From IMG/VR virus record IMGVR_UViG_2700988794_000001, positions 1-64,000 of that record: a stretch of DNA of 64,000 bases. The stretch is one strand, 5' to 3'. Shown piece by piece: positions 10,226 to 21,979 of this stretch. The position numbers were made by a program, and so were the translations under genes. The notes beneath the pieces were generated by a model. That model saw nothing but the letters and a program-made list of their open reading frames with translations. It was not told the origin of the DNA and ran no database searches. How positions within the stretch are numbered: the stretch's first letter is position 1; the number at the start of each line of letters is the position of its first letter. Source of the stretch: a virus (Duplodnaviria > Caudoviricetes).

Positions 10226-10916
10226 CGCCTACATCTTTGTGGTCGGGTGCCTCGCAGCGCTTGGTTGCTGGTATATTTCTGTGCGTATCGCCGAGAGCAT
10301 CACCAGCGACACGCCCAAGAAGGAAGAGCCGTTGCCCGCGCCCATACCTGGAGGCTTCCGCATGTCGGACGCCCTCATAGCGGAGGAGCAGCGGATAGAG
10401 GACGAGGAGGAAGCTGCCTACGAAGAAGCGCTAGAACGCGCGGAAGCGGATGCGACCAGGGGTATCGAAAAGAACCTTCTCGTAATCTACTCCGATAAGC
10501 GCCCGCCGGAGCCCCCGCCCTGGACCATTTGCCAGTCGGAGGGAACTCTATGGGTTGTCATGGCCGAGGGCACCATGCGGGCAGACGTGTGGCAGCTAAC
10601 CATGGACGGTAAGTGGTCGAAGATCAGTGACGAACGTTTCGGCACCGTGAAGCACGTGCTGATGCAGCGAGCCAACACGATCCTCGGCCTTACCGCCGTG
10701 ACCGACAAGAACATCCCGAAGTTCACCAAGGTCGTGGAGATGCTCTCCAAGAACGGCAACATAGCGAAGAGCCAGTTGCCGGATAAGTGGATCAAGTGGA
10801 TGGATAAGCTCGACGCCGAGACGAGTGAGGCCCTCTGCGAACTCCTGTCCATCACCGACGACATTCGCGCAAAGCCGACAAAAGAGGGTCGCCGTCTAAT
10901 CGACCTAAGCGATTAG
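10215..10916 (+). CDS. membrane-anchored hypothetical protein (C-terminus RRLIDLSD)
   Basis: N-terminal hydrophobic helix. Confidence 0.65.
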   Translation: MLGNAYIFVVGCLAALGCWYISVRIAESITSDTPKKEEPLPAPIPGGFRMSDALIAEEQRIEDEEEAAYEEALERAEADATRGIEKNLLVIYSDKRPPEPPPWTICQSEGTLWVVMAEGTMRADVWQLTMDGKWSKISDERFGTVKHVLMQRANTILGLTAVTDKNIPKFTKVVEMLSKNGNIAKSQLPDKWIKWMDKLDAETSEALCELLSITDDIRAKPTKEGRRLIDLSD

Positions 10917-10919
10917 GCG

Positions 10920-10948
10920 TTGACAAAGGATCGTTCCTAAGTTAGAGT
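10920..10948 (+). promoter_or_regulatory. promoter, AAGGA-spacer class
   Basis: TTGACA AAGGATCGTTCCTAAGT TAGAGT. Confidence 0.75.
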
Positions 10949-10973
10949 AGGCCATAAGATCAGGAGAACCACA

Positions 10974-12563
10974 TTGGCCTACTTAATCCTTCCCATGCAA
11001 GAAGCCTGTGCCGTGGATTTCACGAAGTGGTCCAGGCCTCCGGTGAGCTTACGGATAAGCGTTCCGCTCAAGGAAATCCGTCACGTCGATTTGCGGGAGC
11101 GCGGGTACGACAACCCCTTCCGCGTCCACGATGAATTCACGCAGATTTGCCCGGTCGCCGACCTGACCAGGATAGACCGTGACGCTCTCCAGGAAAAGTT
11201 GCCCTTCCAGTATCGCGTCGATAGTGACGGCGTCATCTGGTATCAGCCGGGCTCGACGGTGCAGACGCACTACTCCCTGACCCATGAGAAAGAGTTGGAC
11301 GCGCTCAACGTCCCTGATTATTTTTCCTGCCGCGATTGGTTCCCGCAGGACGACTACTACGCGAAGCGCGGCGCATTGCTTGAGCGTGGCCAATATGGCT
11401 CTAGACATATAAGCGTCTTCAACCATAGGGGCGAGCAGACAGGGAGCACGCCGACTTGCCGGTTGATCATTCCCGATGACTTCGAAACGAAGTTCGACAT
11501 TGGCGAGGATGGCTTCTACTACTCCAAGCTATGGGGCTTCGACGTGTCCTATACGAAGGGGAGCAGTATCTCGAAGCTTCAGTCCTTCCTCGACGGCGAG
11601 ATGGGCACGATCAAGGACACCTACGTGGCTCAGGCATTCAAGAGAATGCCGTCTGCGTACATCCGTGGAGACTACGCCAAGAACATCCTCAATCACGGCA
11701 AGAAGTTTGAAAAGGCGTTCCGCGTAGCCGAAGAGCCGGTCAAGCGGAAAGACGTGCAGAAGGCCGTCCGTAACGGCGGCGCGCGCTTCGTCAACCTCGG
11801 AGAAGACAGGGACAACATCGGGTGCTTCCCGGCAAACGCGTTCGTCAATACCCGTGCAACAGGTTGCACCGAGAACCTCGGTTTCCTGCACCTCGGTTTT
11901 AGGACCAACGGCGATAACGTCCTCTTGACGCCGCCGCACGACACGAACCCTTTCCTGACGCCCGCCGGAACCATGCTCGTGCACAAGACAGCGGACGCGT
12001 GGCGCTTCGTCTTCATGTCGCTGATGATGGTCACCAATCACATGCTCGACGCTGACCGTCTGCGATCCTTCCCGGCGCTCTACATGATACCGCAGTACGT
12101 CCACCGCAATGAAGTGACCTTCTCCACCAAGGCGTTTCGCGGCGTCGGCCTGGAGATACAGGAAGCGATATGGGCTACCGAAGGGATGAGCATGGCGATC
12201 AGCCGGGCCATGATGGGGCTCAAGTACGAGATGTCACGCAAGCCGAAAGACTTCGCCCTGAACACTGACCAGATCGCGAAGCTGCCTGAGAACCACAAGA
12301 TAGGTATGATCGGGGTAGGCTATGCGGGCTACATGAAGACCGGCGACACCCTACGGGATTACGCTGGCATGCTGGGTACGGATGGACAGGTTCACCACGA
12401 CGGCCTCTATAACTTGCAGCTAACCAGCCGCCATACGCTCAAGTTTAATCGTGCCGTGGACCTCCTGGATATGATCTTCTGGGACTTGCCACCCAACAGT
12501 TTGGTGCAGGCCAAGCGTAAGGTCGAAACTAAATTCGTCTCGACCCGGAATGTTCGCATCTAG
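10974..12563 (+). CDS. hypothetical protein, 529 aa (C-terminus TRNVRI)
   Basis: GGAGAACCAC RBS before TTG start. Confidence 0.7.
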   Translation: MAYLILPMQEACAVDFTKWSRPPVSLRISVPLKEIRHVDLRERGYDNPFRVHDEFTQICPVADLTRIDRDALQEKLPFQYRVDSDGVIWYQPGSTVQTHYSLTHEKELDALNVPDYFSCRDWFPQDDYYAKRGALLERGQYGSRHISVFNHRGEQTGSTPTCRLIIPDDFETKFDIGEDGFYYSKLWGFDVSYTKGSSISKLQSFLDGEMGTIKDTYVAQAFKRMPSAYIRGDYAKNILNHGKKFEKAFRVAEEPVKRKDVQKAVRNGGARFVNLGEDRDNIGCFPANAFVNTRATGCTENLGFLHLGFRTNGDNVLLTPPHDTNPFLTPAGTMLVHKTADAWRFVFMSLMMVTNHMLDADRLRSFPALYMIPQYVHRNEVTFSTKAFRGVGLEIQEAIWATEGMSMAISRAMMGLKYEMSRKPKDFALNTDQIAKLPENHKIGMIGVGYAGYMKTGDTLRDYAGMLGTDGQVHHDGLYNLQLTSRHTLKFNRAVDLLDMIFWDLPPNSLVQAKRKVETKFVSTRNVRI

Positions 12564-12627
12564 CCACCTTGAAATGTAGGCGACTATTCTATAGTCTCCC
12601 CCGCAAACCGCTTCTTGCGAGGGACCA

Positions 12628-14388
12628 ATGGCAGAGCAAATCAGAACAGCGCCTACAGTAAAGCCCGGTGTCACTCGCGCCGTGCGCCTTGACGATGGGC
12701 AGGAAGACGCCCAGCGCGTCATCAAGGGCGAGTTGAACTCGAAACAGGTCGAAGACCCGTTCAAGAAGTTCTACACCGACAACATGTCGGACCTCGCCAT
12801 TGCTGAGCCGCCCTACAGCTTCCTCGCCCTTCTGCGCATGACGCAGGAGAACGCCATGCTCCGGCAGTGCCTGGAAGCGATGGTGACCAACGTCGAAGGT
12901 CACGGCTATCGCATGGCCTACATCGGGCCGGAGAAGAAGGGCGAGACGGGCGGCGAGGATAGCCCGGCTGCTGCCGCAGAGCTTGAGACGCTCGAAGCAT
13001 TCTTCGACGCACCGAACGACAGCTACTCCCTGGTCGAACTCCGCACCCGCGCTCGCTGGGATTTGGAGAGCCTCGGCAACGCCTACATCGAAGTCGGTCG
13101 TAACCAGAAGGGCGAAGTCACGTCCCTGTGGCATATCCCGGCGCACCTGATGCGCATCACCAACACCGACAACGACGCCACCCCGGTGAAGGCGAAGCTC
13201 GCCCGCAAGTCTGGCGTGGTCGAGCAGACGGTCAACAAATACTTCCGCCGCTTCGTCCAGATCGTCGGCACCAAGAAGGTTTACTTCAAGGAGTTCGGCG
13301 ACCCGCGCAAGATCGACCCGGCCAACGGTCAGGTGAACGACACCCTCGTCCACGAAGACACGGCGACCGAAATCATCCACCTCCGGCTCTACAATCCGGG
13401 CTCGATCTATGGCCTTCCGCGTTGGCTCACCCAGGCACCGTCCATCAAGGGCTCGCGCCAAGCCGAACTGACCAACCTGGAATACTTCACGGACAACGCC
13501 GTCCCGGCCATGGTCATCATGGTCTCCGGCGGGCACGTGGATCAGGCCAGCCTCGATAGCCTCGAAGAGCATATGCAGGGCGTGCGCGGGCGTAAGGCGC
13601 AGCACCGCATTGTCATGATCGAAGCCCGTGGCGATGAGCATGCCGCCGCCGAGAACGGCACCATCGCGCCGCCCAAGCTAGAGATCAAGTCCCTCCAGGG
13701 CGACCGTCAGGGTGACGCGCTCTTCCAGGAGTACGAGAAGGACTGCCACGCCAAGGTCCGGTCGGCTTTCCGCTTGCCGCCGATCTTCGTTGGCCTCTCC
13801 GAAGACTACAACTACGCCACGGCCAAGACCGCGTTCGAAGTTGCCGAGAGCCAAGTGTTCGGGCCGGAGCGCGCAATCATGGATGACATGATCAACCGCA
13901 AAGTCCTCGCCACCTGGGAAGTGAAGAACTGGCAGTTCCGTTCGAACCCGCCGCGCATCTCCGATCCGGAAGAAGTGATCAAGGCAATCGAGACCTTCAA
14001 TCAGGTTGGCGCGATGACACCGAACGTTGCTGTCGGCCTCGCCAACGAAATGTTCGATCTGGATATTCCGACGATTGACGATGATTGGGGCAACTGGCCA
14101 TTCGAAATGGTCAAGGCCCTCGGCGCTGCCGGACGCATCAAGGGCATGAAGGATTTCCTCGAAGAAGTCGATACCCAGGTTGATCCTCTGACAGGTCAGC
14201 CGAAGAAGGCCCCTGCCTCCGCCCCGGCTGGCGAGAAGTCCAAGGCCAAGGAGAAGGCAGAACGCGCCGTCCGCTCGGCACTCCTCGATTTGCGCAACGC
14301 CATCGCTCACCCGGAAGAGCCTGCAACGCAGGAGATCGTCCGCGACGACGGCACCACACTTGAGGTGCGCACGCGTGTTAGGGGTTGA
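12628..14388 (+). CDS. portal protein (PBSX family-like)
   Basis: GNAYIEV, EIIHLR...IYGLP, YFTDNAVP, AFRLPP motifs; first gene of head module. Confidence 0.88.
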   Translation: MAEQIRTAPTVKPGVTRAVRLDDGQEDAQRVIKGELNSKQVEDPFKKFYTDNMSDLAIAEPPYSFLALLRMTQENAMLRQCLEAMVTNVEGHGYRMAYIGPEKKGETGGEDSPAAAAELETLEAFFDAPNDSYSLVELRTRARWDLESLGNAYIEVGRNQKGEVTSLWHIPAHLMRITNTDNDATPVKAKLARKSGVVEQTVNKYFRRFVQIVGTKKVYFKEFGDPRKIDPANGQVNDTLVHEDTATEIIHLRLYNPGSIYGLPRWLTQAPSIKGSRQAELTNLEYFTDNAVPAMVIMVSGGHVDQASLDSLEEHMQGVRGRKAQHRIVMIEARGDEHAAAENGTIAPPKLEIKSLQGDRQGDALFQEYEKDCHAKVRSAFRLPPIFVGLSEDYNYATAKTAFEVAESQVFGPERAIMDDMINRKVLATWEVKNWQFRSNPPRISDPEEVIKAIETFNQVGAMTPNVAVGLANEMFDLDIPTIDDDWGNWPFEMVKALGAAGRIKGMKDFLEEVDTQVDPLTGQPKKAPASAPAGEKSKAKEKAERAVRSALLDLRNAIAHPEEPATQEIVRDDGTTLEVRTRVRG

Positions 14389-15434
14389 TGTCTCCAAGGT
14401 AGATTTCTTTCACTCGACGGGCTGCACATGTTGCGGCCCTTCGAAGTTTGAGGCAACGCTTGTCGATATGCTGACGGTCGCCACGGACATGACCGTGCAA
14501 CGTGTTGCAATCGATGACTGGCTGGATCAGCTTGACGCCAAGGAGGCGGAGCCGGAAGCAGAGATCATCAATCCTGCCGACGATCCTTTCCTCGAATACG
14601 AACTGGTCATCGCTTCCGTCCTGGCGGAGCGCAGCGGCGACTTCGTGAAAGAGGCGGAAGCCATCCTCAAGAAGGCCTTCTACATCCCCGTGGCGCAGAA
14701 GGCAGCGGGCGACAAGACACGCGAGTACACCGCTCGCATCGAAGACGCCATCTCTGCCGTCGAGCAGGCTCGCAAGCTTTGGGAGACACAGGCCTTTCCA
14801 TTGAGGGCGCGAACACGATCAGCTACGCGCTCGGAGACGCCATCTCCTCCGGCACCCGTTCGGCCTACGAGATGACCGGCTCGATGTTGCCGCTCTCCAA
14901 CCAAGCCCGTGACACGATGATCACCGGGATGCTGAACGCCAGCAAGTATTATTCCAACGCGTTCTTCAACACCCAGGTGATGCCCGCGCTGATCCGGGCT
15001 ATCGAGTTGGGCGCGGCACCCAGGGCGAGAACCTCATCTGGTCTACGATCCGCGACGTGCTGCACACCCGCCTCAAGACCGTCCCTTACTGGCGCGTCGT
15101 GGCGAATGCCGCTGCGTCCCGCGCCTACCATTACGGCGTCCTGAAGAGCGGCCAGTCCGCCGGTCGCCGGTACTATGAGTTCTCAGCCATCCTCGACGCC
15201 AAGACATCGGAGACGTGCTGGGCTCTCAACGGAATGCAGTGGCCGGTAGCCGACGCCATCGCTTTGATGGAGCGCATCGCCGCCGCAGAGCCGGAAGAAG
15301 TGAAGACGCTCGCGCCCTGGATCAACTACAAGACCCTCGAACCGATGCTTTCGAACCCGTTCGCGATGCAGTCTTTGGGCGTGATTATCCCTCCCGTGCA
15401 CGGCAATTGCCGCTCAACAATCATTTTGCGTTAA
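14375..15434 (+). CDS. minor head / head morphogenesis protein (Mu gpF / SPP1 gp7-like), two indels
   Basis: AILDAKTSETC and PPVHGNCRS motifs; pieces at 14360, 14779 and 15057. Confidence 0.75.
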
Positions 15435-15521
15435 AAATCTGCAACAAGTTGCACAGGCCTAGTTGACAGCAAATCAATTCAGCCATACAAAAAGCGCACA
15501 CATGTAGGTGACGAGGAAGAG

Positions 15522-16121
15522 ATGGCCGAGGCCCGTTCCAAAATTGTCAGGATTAAAAAGACGGATGATGACAAGCGCATCATCTACGGCGAAGTTTACG
15601 CGCCCTACGTCCTCGACACCTATGCCGAATTCATGCTGCCCGACGACATCGTAGAGATGGCGCACAAGTCGCTCACCAAAGACCTTGCTGCCTTCATCGA
15701 CACGAACCACGACCAGACCGCGAACGGCTCCTACCCTGTCGAGAGCTTCATTGCTCGCAAGGGCGATCCGGACTTCAAGGAAGGCGCGTGGGTCATGGGC
15801 GTCAAAGTTGTCCGTGACGACGTATGGGCAAAGGTCAAGAAGGGCGAGCTTAACGGCTTCAGCTTCCAGGCTCTTGTCATCCCGAAGGAAATGGACATCG
15901 AGTACGTGACCATCCGCGACCACGTCGGCACCACCTACAAGGCGGAGCAGGCAGGCCACGAAGATCACGAGCATGTGTTCTACGTGGAAGTGGATGACAA
16001 GGGCACGATCATCGGCGGCTGGACTGACGAAGGTCCGGACGGCGTTGCGCACCAGATCATTCGCGGTTCTGTCACCCAGATGGCGAACGGTCACAACCAT
16101 CGCTTCTCGTTAGGAGACTAA
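15522..16121 (+). CDS. XkdF-like prohead protease
   Basis: IIYGEVYAP, IDTNHD, VESFIA, GAWVMG, KKGELNGFS. Confidence 0.85.
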   Translation: MAEARSKIVRIKKTDDDKRIIYGEVYAPYVLDTYAEFMLPDDIVEMAHKSLTKDLAAFIDTNHDQTANGSYPVESFIARKGDPDFKEGAWVMGVKVVRDDVWAKVKKGELNGFSFQALVIPKEMDIEYVTIRDHVGTTYKAEQAGHEDHEHVFYVEVDDKGTIIGGWTDEGPDGVAHQIIRGSVTQMANGHNHRFSLGD

Positions 16122-16123
16122 TC

Positions 16124-17415
16124 ATGAACCGTCAGCCGCGTGCTCGCATCATGAAGGCCAAGGCGCTCACCGCCCCGGAACCGGAGTTCGTCTCCATGGT
16201 CCGTGCAGGGCAAATCAGGAACCCCTCCGGGTTGTCAAGATGGACACGGGCATCAGCGAAGTCCTCGCCCTGTTCGAAGCAAAGGAGCTTAATATGAAGG
16301 ACGCAGTTGCGAAGGCAAAGGCCTCTGGCCACGACATCGCGCAGCTTGTCTTCAAGGGCGGTGTATTCCCCGACCGTGCGTCCGTTGACGCATGGCTGAA
16401 GGATGGCGGCTATGAAGACGGCTACGAAGTGACTGAGAAGAAGGACGGCGACGTTCCGGTCTTCGAAGTTGCCTCGACCGTTACCAAGTTCAAGACCGGC
16501 ACCATCAAGAAGGTCAAGGGTCAGGCCGATGGTCTCAGCGTCTTCGTCGGCGAAGTCGAAGGCGAGATCGTCGCTGAAAAGTCTGCCGAGGAAGTAGCCG
16601 CTGAAGAAGCCGCTGCCAAGGCATCCGCGATCACCTCCGCAAAGGGCGACGATGAAGCCGACAAGACCGCCGCAGAAAAAGCCGCCGCCGATGAAGCAGC
16701 GGAAGCAGCCAAGGCCACGGAAGCAGCCAAGTCGGAAGAAGTAGCCGACGCTGTTGCAACTGTTGCAAAGGCTGACGCGGTCGTCGCGGAACTCCGCGCC
16801 AAGTCGCTCTACGACGTGTCCGAACTCGGCTCGATCCTCTACACCCTCCGTTGGATGGTTTCGGACGCCGACTACAACGACACCCCGGAAGAAGTCGTCA
16901 CCAAGATCAAGACCGCAGCCAACACGCTGCTCGATGTCATGGTCGCCTATGCCAACGACGCTGTCGGCAAGCTTGCCGAAGTCTTCAAGTCCGATGCGCT
17001 GAAGAGCGCCAAGGAAGTTTCGACGGAAGTGACCGAGACGGCCACCAAGTCGGACGAAACCACAACGACCGAAAAGGCCGTCGTGGAAACACCCGCCGCC
17101 ACTCCTGCTTCCCCGGTCGCCGCCCTGGACCCGTCCATCGCTGCAATCCTGGAAGGCCTGAAGGGCGCGGTCGAAAGCCTCACCTCTGTCGTCAAGACGC
17201 AGAGCGAGGAACTCGCAGAGGTTAAGGCCAAGGCAGCGGAAGCCGCCGAGGAAGCCTCGAACAAGGGCCAGACCCGCAAGGGTGCTGACGTGGTGCAGCC
17301 CGCCGCAAAGAATGAAGACGCTGCCGAAGTGAAGAAGAAGACGGAACAGGATCACGCAACGCGTCGTCTCCGCTCCGCCTTCGGCTCCTACAAAGGCAAC
17401 GGCTTCGACCTCTAA
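16124..17415 (+). CDS. putative scaffold protein (indel near 16210)
   Basis: Ala/Glu/Lys-rich, between protease and capsid; AGGAG before ATG 16124. Confidence 0.6.
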
Positions 17416-17470
17416 CTGAAACGGGCTCGCCAGTAGGCACCCACACGACCATCGAAACAGGAGTTAAAAG

Positions 17471-18430
17471 ATGGATATCGTACAGCGCGCAGACCTCGCC
17501 TTGGCTGACCTCACGGCCAACGGCGGCTATCTCGATGCCGAGCATCAGGATACCTTCTACCGGAACATCCTCGATGAGCCGACCATTCTCCGCGAAGCTC
17601 GCGGCGTCCAGATGGGCGCTCCCGAATGGCGTCTCCCGAAGATCGGCCTCGGCTCCCGTATCCTGGCACCGGCCTCCCAGACCGGCGGCGCAACGGATAA
17701 CGGCGAGAACAGCCGTCACCTGCTTGCGGCCAAGCGCTTCAAGCCGGACTTCGGCCAGATCACCATGAAGTCCGAAGAATTCATCGCGGAAATCCACATC
17801 CACGACGAAGTTCTGGAAGACAACCTGGAGAAGGGCAACCTCACCCAGACGATCCTTCAGCTTATGGCTGAACGCATCGCGCTCGACCTGGAAGAACTGA
17901 TCCTTCTCGGCGACAAGGCATCGGCTGATGCTTACCTCGCCAAGGTGGACGGCGTCCTGAAGCTCTCGACGGCTCACGTCGTTGACGCTGGCGGCGAAGG
18001 CATCAACGTCGGCATCTTCAACGACATGAAGAAGGCTCTGCCGACGAAGTTCCGTCGTAACCTGAACACCATGCGCTACTACTCGTCCATGGACGTGGAA
18101 AGCGACTACCGTGTTCGCGTTGCTTCGCGCCAGACCAATGCCGGTGACGCAATGCTGATCGGCGGCGCTCCGGTCCCGGTTCTCGGCATCCCGCTCAAGG
18201 GTATCGCCCTGATGCCGCAGACCAACGGCCTGCTCATCAACCCCCAGAACATCATCTGGGGCATGCAGCGTAACGTCCGCATCGAGCGTGAACGTGACAT
18301 CCGCGCCCGTTCGTGGATCATCGTCGTCACCCTCCGCGCCGCTCTCTGCATCGAAGAAGTTGATGCGGTCGTGAAGCTGACCAACCTCGGCGACGTGAAC
18401 TTCGCTGGCGCTGACCCGGTCATCGTCTAA
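17471..18430 (+). CDS. major capsid protein (HK97 fold, XkdG-like)
   Basis: GGYL, EVLEDNLEKG, DLEELILLGD, NPQNIIWG; position in head module. Confidence 0.88.
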   Translation: MDIVQRADLALADLTANGGYLDAEHQDTFYRNILDEPTILREARGVQMGAPEWRLPKIGLGSRILAPASQTGGATDNGENSRHLLAAKRFKPDFGQITMKSEEFIAEIHIHDEVLEDNLEKGNLTQTILQLMAERIALDLEELILLGDKASADAYLAKVDGVLKLSTAHVVDAGGEGINVGIFNDMKKALPTKFRRNLNTMRYYSSMDVESDYRVRVASRQTNAGDAMLIGGAPVPVLGIPLKGIALMPQTNGLLINPQNIIWGMQRNVRIERERDIRARSWIIVVTLRAALCIEEVDAVVKLTNLGDVNFAGADPVIV

Positions 18431-18507
18431 CCCAAACATGGGGGTCGGATAAAACCGGCCCCCTACCAAGTTGAGCAGCACAAAAGGCAGCACAGGAGAT
18501 TACGACA

Positions 18508-18774
18508 ATGGCCGATCAGGCAGCAGCAGTTCCGGAATACTACGAAGCTTTCCTCATCCGTGGCACGACCTACATGTATAAGGGTGTCACCTTCCGTCGC
18601 GGCGTAGCCCAGCGCGTCCGTCCGGAGACGAAGGAATACCTCGAAGAACACGCATTCGATGACGTTTCTGTCGGCGAAGGCGACGACATGGAGATCGAAC
18701 GTCGCGGCAAGTTCGAGTTCAAGGTGCCCGGCGCTCCGGTCGTACCGGCAGCACGCACCCGCAAGCGTTCCTAA
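18508..18774 (+). CDS. small virion-associated hypothetical protein
   Basis: AGGAG RBS; follows MCP; ends AARTRKRS. Confidence 0.65.
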   Translation: MADQAAAVPEYYEAFLIRGTTYMYKGVTFRRGVAQRVRPETKEYLEEHAFDDVSVGEGDDMEIERRGKFEFKVPGAPVVPAARTRKRS

Positions 18775-18794
18775 TCCGGGACGCAAACCCAGAT

Positions 18795-18827
18795 AAGGCC
18801 GGGGCTCTAATAGGCCTCGGCTTTTTT
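18795..18827 (+). terminator. intrinsic terminator
   Basis: GGCCGGGGC...GCCTCGGCTTTTTT. Confidence 0.7.
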
Positions 18828-18844
18828 GCTATTCGGAGAGAAGA

Positions 18845-19572
18845 ATGGAACGCAAGCAGATCGTTACCCGTGCAGAAGCCAAGGCCATCTGCAACATCCT
18901 CCCCACGAAGGAAGACCGCGACGGCATTATCGATGCCCTGATCATGGTAGCGACCGAACAGCTTGAGAAAGCCACGGGCCGTTCCTTCACCTCGCAGAGC
19001 TTCACCGATTACTTCGACACCCGCCAGACGGTTGACTTGGCCTACGTCGATAGCGGCTGGTCGCCGACCATGATGGCACCCGCATCCGCGAGAGCAGCTT
19101 CTTCCTCACGGGCCTCAACGTCCAGACGCTCGGCTTTGATGTCCGCTACGACTACCTTCGTGCGTTCGGCGACGATACCGTGGTTGACCCGGCGGACTAC
19201 TATCTCGACGCAGCCACTGGCAAGCTGACGCTGATGATCGGCACCAACAAATATCAGCGCGCTCTTCGCGTCCAGTACACCGCCGGATGGGACGCATTCC
19301 CGGATACGACGATCACCGATCCGGACGACAACTCGCACCCGATGACCCTGTCCGAGAGTGCCCCGTACTCGATCAAGGAAGCCTGCCTGCTTCAGGTCGG
19401 CTATCTCTACGCCCGTCGCCGCACCGACAACATCGGCCTCGACGGTGACCGTTCTCATGGCAAGGCTGACCAGTATGTGCAGACGCTTGCCTGGGGCTCG
19501 AAGATGGGCCTGACCAAGGAAGCCATCGGTCTCATCCGCGACCTCCGCAAGCCGGTGGTAGGCCGCTACTGA
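18845..19572 (+). CDS. head-tail adaptor (indel near 19060)
   Basis: IDALIMVATEQLEKATGRSF ... VQYTAGW ... IKEACLLQVGYLY. Confidence 0.7.
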
Positions 19573-20210
19573 TGGAAGCGATTGGAGAGATCATCGTAGG
19601 CGGGCGCTCCTACAAGAAAATAGAGCAGGCGTTTGACGACCTCTATGATCAGATGGAAGGTGGCCTCTCCTCTGCGTCCGTTCCGCTGTCTAGGGCGATA
19701 CGGGAAGCGTTGCAACTGGTTGCACGGAAGATGGAGCAGCAGCACTCCAATCCGTGGAACGGCCAGATGGTCAACAACTCCCCCAACCTCCAGAAGCGTT
19801 CGGGCGGCATCGCCAGGATCAAGGATACCATCAAGGTCAAGGGCAGCACTATCGAGACGCTGGAAGGCACCATCGGCACCGCTGGCTTCGCCATCCATGA
19901 AACTGGTGGCACCATCCGCGCCAAGCGCTCGAAGTACCTGACGATCCCTCTCCCGGCGGCTATGGACGGCAGAGGTGTTCCCCTCCGCAAGCGGGCACGG
20001 GATTGGGATAAGACATTCGTCGCCCGGTCCAAGCGTGGCAACCTCCTGATCTTCCGCAAGGAGAACGGTGGCGGCGTCACGCCCCTTTATCTGTTGAAGC
20101 CGTCCGTCCGTATTCCGGCCCGGCTCGGCCTCGAAAAGTCACTCATCAACGATGCTCTCCCTTACTTCGAACGTAAGGCCTTCGAGATCATCAGCAAAGC
20201 AATAGGTTAG
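19572..20210 (+). CDS. neck / tail completion protein
   Basis: AIHETGGTI, IPARLGL motifs; position. Confidence 0.65.
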   Translation: MEAIGEIIVGGRSYKKIEQAFDDLYDQMEGGLSSASVPLSRAIREALQLVARKMEQQHSNPWNGQMVNNSPNLQKRSGGIARIKDTIKVKGSTIETLEGTIGTAGFAIHETGGTIRAKRSKYLTIPLPAAMDGRGVPLRKRARDWDKTFVARSKRGNLLIFRKENGGGVTPLYLLKPSVRIPARLGLEKSLINDALPYFERKAFEIISKAIG

Positions 20211-20218
20211 GAGCAGCC

Positions 20219-20673
20219 ATGGATACCGTCCGCGAACGTATCATGCAGCACTTGAAGGCACGGTATGAAGCCCAGCGCAAAGGCGTCAACGGCTTCAATA
20301 TCACGTGGGACTACGTGCTCCGCCGCCAGCCGACAAAGTCGGAAGGTCGCGAGGGCAATGTGCTCGAATTGATCGATGTCGGCGAGAAGAAGCGCCCAGG
20401 CATCGGCTACGATATGTGTTCTCTCCGCATCGTTGCGGAGTTCCACATCAAGATGATGGAAGGCGATGAGCCTCCAGCGTTTTGAATATGGCGCTAGGGG
20501 ATGTCGTAAGGACAGCCGGGCTGGACATTCAGTGCGGAAACTTGGCGCTTAACCTCGAAGATGAAGGCAACGAACTTGACATTGACGGCGCAAACGATAA
20601 TGTCGTGTCCGGCGTCGTAGTTTTCATCGTCACCTACAGGTGTAAGTCCAACGACCCGACGAAAAAGGTATAG
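20219..20673 (+). CDS. putative tail terminator (indel near 20482)
   Basis: VRERIMQHL start, VTYR end; directly before tail tube. Confidence 0.55.
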
Positions 20674-20684
20674 GAGATTACGTT

Positions 20685-21964
20685 ATGGGCATGCTCGGTG
20701 GATTGCTGACCAAGCGCGCGCTTGTGCTCGCGAAGGTCGAAACTACGACCGGTGTGGATGCAAATCCCACCCCGGAACTCAATGCGGTTCTTGCTAAGGA
20801 ACCGACCCCCACTGCCGACCCGCAGATTTTGGAGCGCGACTTCGTTGCGAACGACCTTTCGCCGTTCGAACACGTCGTAGGCCGTATCGTCGGCGGCTTC
20901 GAATTCTCGATGGACATTGGTGGCAACGGTATCCAGCAGTCCGGCGTTCTCGCCGACGCCCCGACGCTGGCGACCCTCCTCCGTGGTTGTGGCTATCAGG
21001 CCATCGCCGTGGCAGGCACTGCCGCAGAAGCCGCTGTCGGCCCGGTCCCGGACAAGGCCAACCCCGCCACGGCTCCGAAGATCACCTACGCCAAGAGCGG
21101 CACCTCGACTGTTGAGAGCCCCGTGCTCTACACCATCGAAGTCACGACCGGCGGCGCTTCCGGCACGGCGCAGGTGAAGATCACCAACAACAACACCGAC
21201 GAAGACGATCTGTCCGCCGCAGTCCCGGCAGCGATCACCTCCGGCACCCCGAAGGTTCTCGGCGGCTCCGGCGTCTCGGTTACCCCGACCTGGACCGGCA
21301 ACCTCGTCGTCGGCCAGCGTTGGCATGTCTTCGTCCTGCCGAAGGGCACGAAGCTGAAGCCGCGTTCGACCGGTCACGAAACGCTGACCCTCTACATGTA
21401 TAAGGACGGTCTTCTGTTCAAGCTGACCGCCGCCATGGGCACCTTCTCCATCCAGGCGACGGCTGGCGAACTGGCGACGATCACCTTCAACTTCTCGGGC
21501 GCTTGGGTCGATCCGGTGGACAGCCCCACCCCTGACTTCGAACAGCCCGAAACCCTGCCGCCGCAGGTCGAACTGGCCAACCTGACCTGGGGCTCCAACG
21601 TGAACCTCACCACGGAACAGTTCACCATCGACGGTCAGGTCAACGTGGTGCAGCGCCCCGACGTGAACAGCCAGTACGGCTACGCCGGTTCGCGCATCGC
21701 CTCCCGTGCTCCTGAAGGCGGCTTCAACCCTGAAGCCACGCTCGAAGCCGACGAACCGTTCTGGAAGACCTACACGTCTGCCAAGGCGAAGTTCTTCTCG
21801 GCCCGTATCGGCAAGGAGCCGGCAACCAGTTCGCCATCATCGGCCCCCGCACCCAGACCTCCGAAATCGGTTTCGGTGATCGCGACGGCATCATGACTTA
21901 CGAAAAGTCGATTGCCTACAAGCGCTGGGAAGGTGACGACGAGCTTATCTTCCACTTCTGCTAA
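20685..21964 (+). CDS. major tail tube protein (indel near 21818)
   Basis: VLAKVETTTGVD N-terminus; GDDEL near C-terminus in second frame. Confidence 0.7.
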
Positions 21965-21979
21965 CCGGAGGGACCGGGG

